A DNA stretch of 64,000 nucleotides from assembly GCF_036321535.1 (NCBI RefSeq), contig NC_087436.1:88352001-88416000 (forward strand). The letters are read 5' to 3'. The translations under genes were made by a program, and so were the position numbers. The stretch is from Camelus dromedarius. Taxonomy: Eukaryota. Every line of letters starts with the position of its first letter. Position 1 is the first letter of the stretch. The notes under the pieces are model-generated. The model saw only the letters and a program-made list of their open reading frames with translations, searched no databases and was not told where the DNA came from. Below are positions 12,261 to 24,721 of the stretch, piece by piece.

Positions 12261-14479
12261 ATTCTTATTTTCAACCCATCAATTTTATTCCCACATCATT
12301 TTTATTTAGTTGTAATCATAAGATATTAAAGCACTGTGCTCTACTTTTTTCATTTAATATTCATAAATATTCTTCCACATTTCTATTTTTTTAACACAGA
12401 TACTATTTTTAATGACAATCTGTGATTCCATACCACTGATATATTCTGCTTAAACATTTCCTTATTATTGGACATTTGATTTATTATTATGAGTGATGAT
12501 CTATACACATACTTTGTATACGATGCTCTTTCTTTTGAATGATTTATTTAACAACTGTTCCCAGGAGTACAATTTCTGATTTTGTGTCCAACATTTAAAA
12601 CTCTTTCCTTCTTTCTATTTAGCTCCAAAGAAGCAATTACTATCAGTACATGATAGAAAGAGAGGCAGACATATCATACCACCACAACAATCTTCATAGA
12701 GGAATAGGCTTTCTCTACAAGACTGATAAAGTCTGCTTTATTAGCATCATTGTTGCAATCATTCATTCATTGAACATTTATTATTTACTTAGAATGGGCC
12801 AGGTCCCTGGGTAGGAATAGTGTTACAAAAGGAAGCCAGAGATATACAAACAAGAATGGGAGATGCTCCAAATACAAACCACCACTTTACTTACAAACTT
12901 TTCACGTTGTGTGTGTCTTCTTTTGCACAACGTGGAATCTATTTGCAAGTTACAAAGAGACATTTTCTTTTCTCAAGGAACTAAAATTATGTCAGCCTGA
13001 CACTGCTCACCTAAACATACATATCTTATACAGGCTGTGTGGATATCTAGCAAGAAGGGAGTTCCTGTCTCTAAGAAGTCATAAATGCCCTTTTTTCTGT
13101 ACATCAGTTTTAGTAAAATGAAGGGAGTAATACCATTCTTTAAATCTTCTTCTTGGAGAAAGAGGGAGAAATCTTTCCAGGCCCACCACCAGATTTGTTC
13201 TTTTGAAGAGGCCCAACATTGAAGTTTGAGTTACATAAGCCTAAATTGTGTATTCTGTTTTCCATTAAAGCTATTGTAGATTTCACATAAGAAATAATAC
13301 AGATTAAACTTTTTTTTAGCCTGCCACATCCTGAGTTCAGTTTTACACCTTTCATCAGTGTAGCTGAAGCTCTCTGACAGTCTCCTTTTCTTTCTGACAT
13401 TCTCTCTCTTTCTAACAACACTCTGTTGAAAACTAATGTTAGTTCTCTCCAAATGCTTTGGGGATGATATACAGGTGTTAACCACCTATTAATACTGCTT
13501 GATAGGTAGTGTAAAAAATGCTTTCTTCAGGAAACAGGATAACGCTGTGGAAACTACCTCAATTATCACTGATAAAGAGTTACGTTGACCTAGATGTTTC
13601 GCTGACAGATCAGTACTCTCTCGTTTTCTTGAGAACTGAGTGACCATGTAAGACATTCTCTTCCCTTAATTTTAAACTTTATTATGGGGTTATATGAGGA
13701 TCTGGATTTGCTTCCCTTTCAATTAACCTTCATAAACTTTGAGAGCCTCATTCCCATTAAGTCGGAAATATGCGCCACCAAGAGTCATCTAGCAAGCCTA
13801 GGCAAAGTGTGCTGGAAATCGGTTCTTTTACTCACCACAATATCAGTTAGCCCCTTAAGACAGTGACTTTTACCTTTCTTGGGTCAATCAATTTGATGAA
13901 AGTTCTATGGTCTCTCACTTACACATATCATATGTGAGCATTTTTCTTCGGAGAAAACCAGCTTTATTACCATAATTATATAACTATAATTTTTTCTCTC
14001 TCTCTCCACACCCACACACAATTTTTTGCACCCTTTCAAAAGGTTCCTGACCTCTGCTCCCTCAAAAGACGCCTACACTGGAGGAAATTATATTAACTAG
14101 TCAACTGGAGGCAGAAGAGACTGGGGTTGGGAGGAGACCGGATCACAAAAGAGAAATTTTACTAGATTCATCCTGAGACAGGTCATTATACTCAAGGCCC
14201 TCACCTGAGGGAGAGGATGTGGCATTAGAAAGGTTGGTCCCTCCCCCTCTCCCTTTCGCTAACGAACTGTGTGACTTTAAGCAAATCATTAATCGGTAGA
14301 TTTCTTTTCCCCTCTAAAGTGGAATCTTATCAGACTTCTCAGGGTTATTGTATGATCGAAAGAGAGATAACATAGGAAGGCATGTTTTCAGGTCTCCAAC
14401 AAGCATGAGGTATGATGATGATTAGTGCACTTGCCATTCCCTTAGCTTCATCTTCAGGCTGCCTGTCCTGCCAGCTCCC

Positions 14480-14990
14480 AGCTCCACTGTCACCTCCTCC
14501 GAGAAGCCTCCGTGACACCTAGATCTGTTGCCGGCTGCCCCCGCCCCCCGAATTCCAACCTCCTACGTTTAGTCAGGACACTTCTCACCTGTGCATTGGC
14601 TTCTTTTTTTCACTTGCATATTGATGACTTACTGTCCTCCTCACACTAGACTAAAAGCTCCTTGAGGGCAGAGCCCTCATCTTGCATTCCCCACCCAGGC
14701 CTTTAACAGGGCATGGGAGGTGGTGGACACTCAAAACTTTGGTGAGTCAGAAGAGCAGTGGTTTAAAGCACAGATTTAGGAGGAGGACTACGGGGATCTG
14801 AATCCTAGCTTTTCAATTTACTAGTCAGGTGACAACAGGCTGGTTATTTAACTTCTCTATGCCTCACGTTCACCCTCTGTAAAATGGAGATTTCTGGTAA
14901 CAAACTCTACAAAAATGTTAATACATATAAAGTACCTAGAACAGCGCCTGGGACAAAGTCAGTCTTACCTAAGGGCAGTTTTCTACTCTT
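14480..14990 (+). mobile_element. L2 3' fragment followed by MIR
   Basis: cactagactaaaagctccttgagggcag (L2) at ~14644; ttatttaacttctctatgcctcacgttcaccctctgtaaaatgg (MIR) at ~14845. Confidence 0.65.
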
Positions 14991-15433
14991 CAATGGGTAA
15001 ATAAAGTGTCACTACAGTAATAGTGAGGACACGTGACCCTGTAAGTGTATAAGATATGCTCTGTTGCTTTCGGTTCGACAGTAAAAACACATATTCTTTT
15101 GGTAAAACTCGTTGCTACGCTCGGCCGCGCCGCATCACCCACCTGGCTCGCCGCCACTCAGCGGAAGGGGAGGTGCGATCCCTAATTCCGACAGAGTCCC
15201 CAGTCACCCACAGGTGGCACTACCCGGGGTTCTCTCGGGCCGGGGGTGTCCGCGTCCTCGCGGGGCGGCTCTCCGGGGAAAGAGCCAAGGAGAACACCAA
15301 GGACGCTCCTGCGACGTCCTGGAAACTCCGGCTGAGTCGCCGGAGCCGCGACGCGCGTCCGACCCACTCCCGCCTCCCGTCTCAGAACCGCCGCGGCGCC
15401 GTGGAAACCAGCTGCTGCCGGTCTTGGTGAGCG

Positions 15434-15483
15434 GGGGCGGAGCGATCGGGGCCGGGGCGGGGCCGGGAGTGCGGGGGCGGGGC
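15434..15483 (+). promoter_or_regulatory. Three Sp1/KLF GC boxes (TATA-less core promoter)
   Basis: GGGGCGGAG 15434-15442, GGGGCGGGGC 15454-15463 and GGGGCGGGGC 15474-15483, immediately upstream of the putative exon 1. Confidence 0.8.
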
Positions 15484-15489
15484 CGGCGG

Positions 15490-15573
15490 CGCCAGGCTCG
15501 AGGCTCGGGACTCGGCGGCGCCTGAAGTCTTCACCGTCTCCACGGGTCCGCGCAGCCGGTGCGCTCCAGCCAG
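15490..15573 (+). other. TEC: TEC non-coding exon 1 (5' boundary approximate)
   Basis: Lies just downstream of the GC boxes, has no ATG, and ends in a near-consensus donor CCAG|GTAAGG (GT at 15574-15575). The TSS cannot be fixed from sequence. Confidence 0.75.
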
Positions 15574-17989
15574 GTAAGGGCGCCGCGGGCCGGCCGGGGT
15601 AGCTCCGGGACGGCTCCGGGACTGCGCCACTCCGGGCGGGAAAGGGTCAAGGACCGGGATGCGCGCGGCGAGAGGAGGCTTCCACAAGCCCAAAGACTGA
15701 CCCTCGTGGAACAAGGAAGGGTTTTCTTCCCTCTGCGCCGCCAGGAGCGCGAGCGCGCCACGCCAGGTGAGGACCCCTGTCTCCTGCGGTTCAGGAAGGG
15801 ACAGGTGCGCGTCCCGGCGTAGCCGCGCCTTCCGGCGGCCGCCGCCTCTCCGCCTCCTGGGCTCCGGCGCTGGCCTCTTCCGAGGAGCACCCGCCCCTTT
15901 TCCCCTTGGGCCCAGGCCGCCCGGCAGCAAGTTCAGCACTGGGTTCACTTCCAGCCGCGTCGCGGGGCTGATTCCCCTTGTCTGGGCGCCAACGCAGTGT
16001 TGATTGAAAGTTGGCAGAATCCACAGAGACTTTTCACAGTTGGACATGTCCAAGTGCCTCACCCCACCAGCCTCACATTTTTTATCTGGGAAGTTGTGTT
16101 TGAGTCTTGAAAACAGGGGTTCGGTGAATACATATACTGGAAAAAGCTAAGGCCTTGACTCGGGAGTGTGCGCTTTCCCGCGGATCCTGAATTTTCCTTT
16201 TGATTTGATTTGTTTAGTTTTCATGGAAGAATAACACGTTGCTGTGTATCAGGTTCGTAAACAGTCTGATCTATTGCCATTCTTTGGAAATTGGAATATT
16301 TGATTAGAAAGGTAGATCTGAATGTTACTTTGGAACAAAAGGATGGCTCGTGGCTAAGTGGGTTTGAAACATATCCAAAATAGTTAACTGTTTTGAGCAT
16401 ATACCCTGTGTTTTTCCAGTGAGTGCCCATTTTTCCTCTTAGGAAATTTCTGAGAATCTACTCTCTTCTAGATAATTCTCCACTGAAGATCTGTAGAGGG
16501 AAAGTTAACCCCAACAAACCAGTGGGTTTACCAAATAAGTTTAGGATTCAGCAGGTTAGTTTGTGATGCTGGTAGCTCAGTTGGCAAGAATCACATGTAG
16601 TATGGAGTGTCATGATTTATAAGGAAAAAAAGTGTGTGTAATTTTCTCATTTTATATTTGAAAATATTTTTTTAGTTTAGGTACGTTTTCATAGTTTAGG
16701 AAAGACCTGTACTTTCCTAACAATCCAATTAGTCTGATCATTGTATTCTCTTGCCAGCTCAGGATGCTGACGGCCTTGTGTTTATGGTTTACGCTAATGA
16801 TTTTGATGCTTCCCACCAGGGTGTGTACATTTTGGTTTGTAGAACCGTACAGGGCAAGTGTTGGAAACATGCGAATTGGTGCAGTGCTCTAGTTGGCAAT
16901 ACCTTTGCCCCACATAGGTCCTTGAACTAGAATTTTCACGTCTTCCCAAATAGGAAATAAATAGAATATTAATATATGTTCTAGCACTGTCAACCTGTTT
17001 ACCTACTTATTCTGTATCAAGATAGTCATCATGTTTTCTTAGCAGCTAGATACTTAAGGGCAGGGGCTATGTCTTACTAAATCATAGTAGAGCTCAGAGA
17101 ATGGTGACCTTTGCTTCCCAAGCTGACCTTGACAGGGTGGCTGATGGGGTTTTAGGCAGTGTCTGGCCATTTTTTGCTTGGAGGAGAATTGCTGGTCTTC
17201 CTTTCTGTATACAGAGTGCTGGGAGCCTGGGCCTTGGGCATCCAAGCACACCTCTGCCTACAGGTTCCTCCAGGTTGACTCGGTTGGTGCCACCCTTCCC
17301 CACCCCAGCTTTTCCGGATCCTGGTCTTCCACCCTACTCCACCCGTCCTGGGTTCCCACCCTAGGGAGAATCTTGGTCTACATAGCTGGCAGGGCTGTTG
17401 ACCCTCAACCTGGTGCATGATGCTCAGTAAATACCTGTTGATGGTGCTGTCACTTGTTTCAGAGCCTTTGCTGTGCTCTCTTTTTATTAGTCTACACAGA
17501 CAAAGTGGAGTAATTGAAGTTGAACCCAGATAAACTGCTTTGGGGGCCAGCTGCCTTGTTGGATTGGGGTCATAAATTGGGCATTGGAGTCTGTTAAAAA
17601 GGAGTGAAATTGGTCCAGGGTCACTGGCAGTTCTAAAATTACCCTGTCCCATGTGATTATGCCAGGAGAATAGCTTTGTTGGAAAGGACCCCAGAGGAGA
17701 GAGGCTTAGGAGTTGCTTCCACCTCCGAACTTGCCTCCACCTGGGCTTGCTTTTTCGTCTCAGCCCTAGCTCAACCAGTCCTGCCTTGCATTGGATTATA
17801 CCTATTAACTTTCCCACTGCATTGTACTGTGCAGAGCTCAGGTGACCACTGTTCCTGGGGTCTGGATATAGAAAATGACATTTCCTTTTGTTTAGGGGAA
17901 ACAAGGGTGGAATTTTCCCAAATTGTTATTGGGAAAACAAAGCAAAACCAAACAAAAAAGAGGGTTGTAGAAGCCAATTTTTGTTTTGT

Positions 17990-19270
17990 TTTTTTTTCAG
18001 TTTTAAACTTTTAATACAAGTTACATTTCTTCCTCTCCAGAAACAAGCACTTGTGATTCTTTGAGCTGATTATTTTGGTATTTATTGCCTGTGATTGATA
18101 CTTCTTGCATTTTTCAGTCTGAAGCATTATCTGTCGACTTCCCGCTATGGAAAATGATGACCTGGCTCTTTTTCCCTCTAACTAATCCCCAACATAACCA
18201 CAACTTCCCTATTTTCCCATCTGTGCAATAGCTAAACAGTAATTTTGGTTAATAATTGCTTTGTTGCTCACTTGCTTAGTTTTTAATATACTCATCATTA
18301 ATTCAACCCAAAACTCTTGGCCAGTTTTCTACTTCTTCCGTCAGATGCATTAGGTATTCAGTCAATTTCATTTTCTCGAAGAAGCTTCCCTGAGTCTCCT
18401 GGGTTGCTCTAGCCTGGACTGATTGCCATATCTGCATGGGGCACAGATGTCACCCTGAGGACCTCCTGTTGTCATCCCTCTGGGGATCCCCATCATTTCT
18501 CTCCTGCACTGGATCTCCTGTTACCTCTAGCACATGTCTTTATCTTGTAGACTCCCTCGTTTTGATTTATCACATCCTCAAGGAGCTTTCAGGTAATTAA
18601 TGCACAGGATGTCTTTTTTTTTCTGTTCATTGTGTCTATTCATATTTTGTTTATTCATTTTACAAAAAGTGCTTGAAAATACCTGTTTTCCATGGACAAT
18701 TAATAGTTTGTCTGAGTATAGACTTCTAGGATGGAACCCTTGAAGCATTGTTCCACCATTTTCTAGCTTGTGGTTTGCTGTTGAGAAATTCAGAATTGTT
18801 CTGATTCCTTAATTTTTGCCTGTAACCTGTCTACATATTACAAACCTGCTGTGTTCTTTCTGGAGGTTTATAGAATTTTCTCTTGCCCTCCATGATCCTG
18901 GAATTTTCATGATGTTGTGCTGTGGTCTGGGTCTGGTTTCATCCATTGTGCTGCGTTCTTTATCTGGAAATCTCTCTCTCTCAATTTTGGAAATTTTCTT
19001 GAGTTATCTCATTGATAACTTCTTCCTCTCTACTTTCTGTCATGTCTCTTTCAGAAACTGTTACTGTTATTGTTCAGATACTAGATATTTTGGGCTGGAT
19101 ATTAGGTATTTTCTTACATTTCTTTGCTAATATCTATCTTTTATTTCTTGGTTCTACTTTTGGGGGGATTTTTTCAATATTATCGTCTACTCCTTCTACT
19201 AAGGTTTTCACGAGTCTAATCATATTTTAAATATTTAAAATTAAAAGTCCTTTTTGTTCTCAGAATATGT
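17990..19270 (-). mobile_element. Ancient L1 (L1ME-like) fragments
   Basis: tagtttgtctgagtatagacttctagg...cattgttccaccattttctagc...gctgttgagaaattc motifs. Confidence 0.5.
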
Positions 19271-20627
19271 ATACCTACGTATTTGTGGCAAAATCTCTCT
19301 TTAGCCCTGGCTTGAGTAGTATATGGCTTACTGGTCAATTCCCTTTGTCTAGAGGGACTCATTCTGTCACCTTTGCCTCTGAATGTTTTACCTTTCAGTG
19401 AAGCTCAGTTTCTCTAAGTCTAATGTTTTCATCTGAAAGGTGGACCTGGTGTCATTGACAGCCATGTGTCCTCAATGGAAGTTATCATTATTTCCTTCTG
19501 GAGGCCAGTTTGAAACACAGTTGCCTTACCAGCAGAACATCCTCTTTTCCCATTTCAAAGCTCATGCCTTTCTTGGAATGTGCACCAAGTTCCTGTTTCT
19601 GGCTGGGCTGAGCAGAGATGACTGAACTACCCTGCTCCTCGTGGATGATCACAACTTTCCCAACCCTGTTTAACCGGTTAAGAGTCATTCCTCAGGCTCC
19701 CTTAATGCAGTGAGATCTTCCAGCCTTCTCTCTCGGTAGCTTGGCATCGATGTGACTTATGCTTATACACAGAGGAATGATGACAAGAGTCAGCTTCCAC
19801 TGAAGTAGGAAGAGTATTGTTCCCAAACCATCTTATCTGTGCAGGAGAAGCAGAGCTCTATACTCCCACAGTGGCGGCTGTGCATTGGAAATACAGAAAA
19901 CACCAGTGCTGGCAATTGCTACAGTGGAGCAGGTACAGTGGTGACTTGCTTTCTGAAGGATGGCAATGAAGAATAAGATGGTTAGAAAACACTTACTCAG
20001 CAGGAACCCACTTGGTACCATTATGATCGAAAGCTCTGCCAGTGGGAATACCTGCAATGCTCATTCCTCTCTGTGCTTCCACCGGCGTCCTTTCCTTTTC
20101 TAAACAGAACCTTTGGAGCCATTGCAACCTCTTTTCCCCTCTTTCCCTTTTTCTGAAACAGTATAGTTTTTCTCTAATGTTCTATGTGATTAACAGAAGT
20201 TCTTTCTGTCTTCTCAGCTGCATTGTGAGCTCTCCTAGGGAAAAGCACATGTCTGGTAAATACCAGATAATTGTGAACACATGGCAGTTTAAAAAAATGT
20301 ATATATTTGGTCATAATTATCCAAGTTGTATCTGGTCATCTAAATACATCAAATTCTTGATTAGACTTTCACTTCTCTTTGGCTATATAGACTGAAGCCA
20401 TAGTGTATTCAGTTTAAGTTTTCCCAAGTGTATTGTTATTCATATTATTTGGAAATAATCCTCACTAAAAACATTCTGGAAAGGACATTATTTATTATTA
20501 TTATTTTACACTTGTGTATTTCTTCTTACCGTAGTGTTGTGACTGTCTTATTTTTTACGGCTAAGAAGAGTGGGTTTTGGAGGAGGGAGGGAAGTGTGTG
20601 CTGATTAGGTTGTCTAGTCTGGTAAGT

Positions 20628-20749
20628 TTTATTTATTATTATTATTTTGTTTTGAGTTATAGTCAGTTTTCAATGTTGTGTCAATTTCTGGTGTATAGCA
20701 CAAATTTTCAGTCATACATAAATATACATATATTAATTTTCATATTCTT
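20628..20749 (-). mobile_element. Short 5'-truncated L1 3' end
   Basis: ttgagttatagtcagttttcaatgttgtgtcaatttctggtgtatagc, flanked by repeat tagtctggt (20615-20623, 20750-20758). Confidence 0.8.
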
Positions 20750-21009
20750 TAGTCTGGTGTTTTATATAAATTTCTAAAGGAGGCAGATCTCTTTGGATTT
20801 CAGCAATATATATTTTTTCCTTTTGTAACTACATGCCATTGATTGATTGATTGATTGTCATTGGAAACTACTTTATCTATTCCCTTTATTTTTTTTCTGT
20901 AAAGCTGAAATTTTATTTTAAAATAAAAAATTACAAAAAATCATCAGATCACTTATTAAGTATGTCTCTTTTTCTTTGGTTCTTAAGGTCATCTTTGGAA
21001 GCACGTAGT

Positions 21010-21180
21010 CTTTTTTTTTATTGCGGTATAGTCAGTTTACATGTGTCAATTTCTGGTGTACAACATAATGTTTTAGTTATGCATATACATACACATTTGT
21101 TTTCATATTCTTTTTCATTATACGTTACTACAAGATGTTGAATATAGTTCCCTGTGCTATACAGAAGAAACTTGTTTATT
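21010..21180 (-). mobile_element. Short 5'-truncated L1 3' end
   Basis: T-tail + gtatagtcagtttacatgtgtcaatttctggtgtac...gaatatagttccctgtgctatacag. Confidence 0.8.
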
Positions 21181-23559
21181 ATTTTTAAAGAATAAGAGGT
21201 TTGGAAATGCTTAGCTGTAGAGTATCAAAGTGAAAGACTTTTAATGGTCATATACTATATGAAATACTTATAATGTAGAGCTGCCTGTCAAATATCCTAC
21301 TCCTTTGGTCTTTAATTTTTGTGAAGTTCTAATTTTTGTGAAGTTCTAGCCTGATTTAGTGTAGGAAAGACTTTTCGTGTCTTCTCTTTATCCTGAGTAG
21401 AGTTCCAGCACTGTCTTTCTGTTAGCTATTTCCTTAGACACTGTCATGCTCTCATGTATTCCCCCAGTGTTAGGTTTCAACCACAGCTTGTAGGATCTCA
21501 CATGACTACCCCCAAAATTAAATTGTGGCTTTTTCCCCCCCTACAAAGTAGTGATTTCAATGTTTATTTTTCTGCAAATGTAATTTAAGCATTCAGTAAA
21601 GTTAGTTTTTACCATTGGGGTTATTTTTGTTTCATAGAAGGCCCTTGGCTTTCTTTTTTATTTTCCTCCTTTGAGGGATAAAAATGCTTGATTCTTTAAC
21701 CATGTAAAGAAAGAGAAATACAATTTAACTGAGTAATGGATGCTGTTAGATATGTAAATTTAGGTATGAATGCTTAAAATTTTTTTTTTAAGAAATGTCA
21801 ACTTATTTACCACATATTTCAACCAGTTATAGAAGCATTGCATCAAAGAATTCTTAGGTTCTGGAATCACAGCTGGAGGTTTTTGGGCTCAGAGCTGGTG
21901 ACGTATCCCTTTCCCTCCCCCAGACGAAGGATAGATCTCCCCATGCCACTGAGATTCCCCATCTCGCACTGTGCTCTCTGAACTCTCCCTGCCATCATTT
22001 TAAAAAAAAAAAGCCATTTTATAGAGTTTTATATATTCATTGTTAAAAAACGTAAGCAATACTGAAGCTTACACAAAAGAGATTAAAAATGACTGTAAAA
22101 CTATTCCAGGGAGAATCTTGGTGAACTCCTTCTCGGTCATCTTTATCATCATTTGACTTTTCAGAAATCTTTAGCAACTTTCTAGCAAGTAATTAGCCTA
22201 AGGAGCATTAGGTGCAACCATTTCTGTAACTCCAAATACTGTGATCTTTACGTATATGTATGTGTGTGTGTGGGAGGGGGTGTGTATGCAGCTACTTTAT
22301 GAGGTTATAATTAGTTCAGGCATAGTGTTCTTTGGGTAACATTATTTCAAATAGACATTTTCTTCTGGGAATGATTATCATTTAATAGCTAGGTGACAGT
22401 CTGTCATGTTAACATACAATGATATTTTGACCCACTCTCCAACTGTTGGACATGTGGTTTTTTTGTTTTGTTTTGTTTTGTTTTGAAGTAAGTAGTGTTG
22501 CTATACATTTTTCTCTTTGGGGGATTGTTTCCTTGGAAAATAGTTTTCAAAATACCACTCTTGAATTAAAGGGTTTCTAGTTTCTGTTAATCATTTTCAG
22601 AGGGACACAAAATAATAATCTGAAAAAGCTCACTGGCTAGCTGAAGTTATATAAAGTTTCCATACCTCTTTTTGGACCTTTTGGATTCACAGTATCTCCT
22701 TTGTGTGAAGGTTTATTTTGAGTTATCGAGGCTGTGTATCCAGCTGTAGATCAGATAATAAAGCCAGGGTAACCTGACAGGTTCATTTGTGAGGCTGTGT
22801 CTGGTTGGTAAATGTCTGTAGCCTCATTTTATTTTGTGGGATGTCTGGTTGGAAAAGTTTCCAGGGATCAGTAGCAAAAAATGGAGAGGTTTTTATGGTA
22901 TCTGTGAAACTACATTTGCCCTTCGTACCTAGTCTAGGTTTCATGAACCTTTCTGTAAGCAGGGAAAGGCATTATGTGTTCAGCAGAAAATTCCAACCCT
23001 CCCATCTGTTTCCCCATTCCTGGACTGCATGAGGAAGTAGGAGGGGCAAGGCAACCAGTAACAGGAGAGAATTCTGCATTAATGTGGTTTCTTGATAAAG
23101 AACTAGAACGGAGTAAATTCTTATTCAGAGTTTTCCCCTGACATCTTTCTGTCTAAAGTTTAAAGCCTGGGCTCAATTTTGAAGTCAGCTCTTAATTGGT
23201 ATTATGCCATGCCTTGGGTTTTCCATCTATTAAACAAAGCGTAATGACACCTAATTAACAGTCCACTTCAGAGAGGTTCATGGCCTAATGAGCTTTTTGA
23301 GGCTGTTTCATACACCCTCATGAGTGATGAGATGGCTTGTTCTCTTTAGTGGAGGGTATCTATATTATGCCTATTTTATAGATGAGTAAAGTGAGCCTCG
23401 TAGAGGATAATGGCTTGCTGAGAATCAGATGGTAGATTTAGTGTAGTGTCTGGAAATTTTCTTGGAATCACAAGTGGAATCTAAAATAAATTCTGCATGA
23501 GTGTATGTGTTGAGAAAGTGGATTTTACAGTTTTTAGGCAAATATGATCCTTTGGGAGG

Positions 23560-24280
23560 ATAGGCTCCTCCCTTGTAAGGAGGAATCATGTTTGACGAAT
23601 TCACTAGAGTTCTTCAAGGGCATTAAATAATTATGGAAGCTAGGGATAAACTGTGATTTTCAAAGTGATCTTGAAAAGACCACACAAAGGCTATTAAATA
23701 AATTGAGTCAGTGGGAGGCTGGGAGAAATGTCTTTAAAAGTCAGGAATAGGAAGAGGGTTGGAAGACAGAGCAAAAGTTAAGCATAGATGGACATTTCTC
23801 AGGATACAAATGTGAGTAAACTAGTTTAAGTATTATCGTTTTTAAAATAAACCATGGAGAAGAGGGAGTACACAGTGTAAACTCCAAGTTTATAGTCAAC
23901 ATGAACCTTTTGGGACACTAAAAAGCCAAATTGCTGGTCTCAAGTTTACAAAGGACTTTGAGCTTTTCCTAGGCTGTTTCATACACACTCATGAGTATTA
24001 CACAAAATGGCAGGGAAGTGGTAAAGAATGCATTTAGGTAGAATGAATCCATCTGTACTATGCAGATGGGTGTTCTAGTTCTTACTCAAGAAAGAGATTC
24101 AGATATTACTAGACTCTTAACTGAAGACATTGACTAAGTGTAGGATTTGGAACAAAAAAGCTAACTAAATCTTAGCTGTTGTTACACATAATTTAGAAAC
24201 ACCATCTGACCCCATTTCATGATGCTTCAGCACCTAAGATAGTTTCATCAGTGTACCTTAAAAACACAGTGGACTTAAGA
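23560..24280 (+). mobile_element. Highly decayed CR1/L3 LINE RT fragment
   Basis: gaatcatgtttgacgaattcactagagttcttc...aaggctattaaataaattg...aaaatggcag pattern reminiscent of CR1 RT. Confidence 0.4.
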
Positions 24281-24721
24281 CAAAGCAAATATGTAAATTG
24301 GCACCTTCTTAATTCCCAAATAATGCCCCAGTCACCCCTAGTCATTGATTGAGCACATAAGTTGTGCCAGGCTCTGTGCTTAAGCTCTTTATATTGGATT
24401 ATCTCATTTAATCATCCCGGCAACTCCCTTCATCAGCAGTTTACAGATGAAGAGCTTGAAACTCAGGGAGATTCAGGGAGATTTGCTTAAGTGGTGGAGC
24501 CAGAGTTCAGAGCAGTGCAGTCTGACTCCAGAGTGTACCCTGAGGACTCTACTGAGCTGCACACACTGAGCTCTCTCCCTGTTATTTTCCCTTCTGGTAA
24601 ACAGAGTGGACAACCTAGAAGAAAACATAAAGATCTGCTTCAAACAAACCTAAAAGCAACCAGTTCCTCTGGGTATCGTTCCAGGCCCCTTAGCACTATA
24701 GATCCTAAGATGTCTTCATAG

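Larger units (their letters stand above)
15105..16000. promoter_or_regulatory. CpG island containing the TEC promoter
   Basis: Abrupt switch to very GC- and CpG-rich sequence in an otherwise CpG-depleted window; the only such island upstream of the TEC coding exon. Confidence 0.92.

Noticed and set aside
15056..16062. Several overlapping 60-226 aa ORFs on both strands of the CpG island
   Set aside because: Arg/Gly/Pro/Ala-rich, mostly non-ATG starts, no recognisable domain; expected from stop-codon scarcity in GC-rich DNA.
17152..17904. 250-aa minus-strand ORF
   Set aside because: No ATG at the ORF start, no recognisable domain or exon structure; likely a chance intronic ORF.
21313..21348. 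17-bp tandem duplication (similar ones near 50018-50055 and 62229-62260)
   Set aside because: Ordinary slippage duplications; two units only, not a CRISPR-like or functional array.
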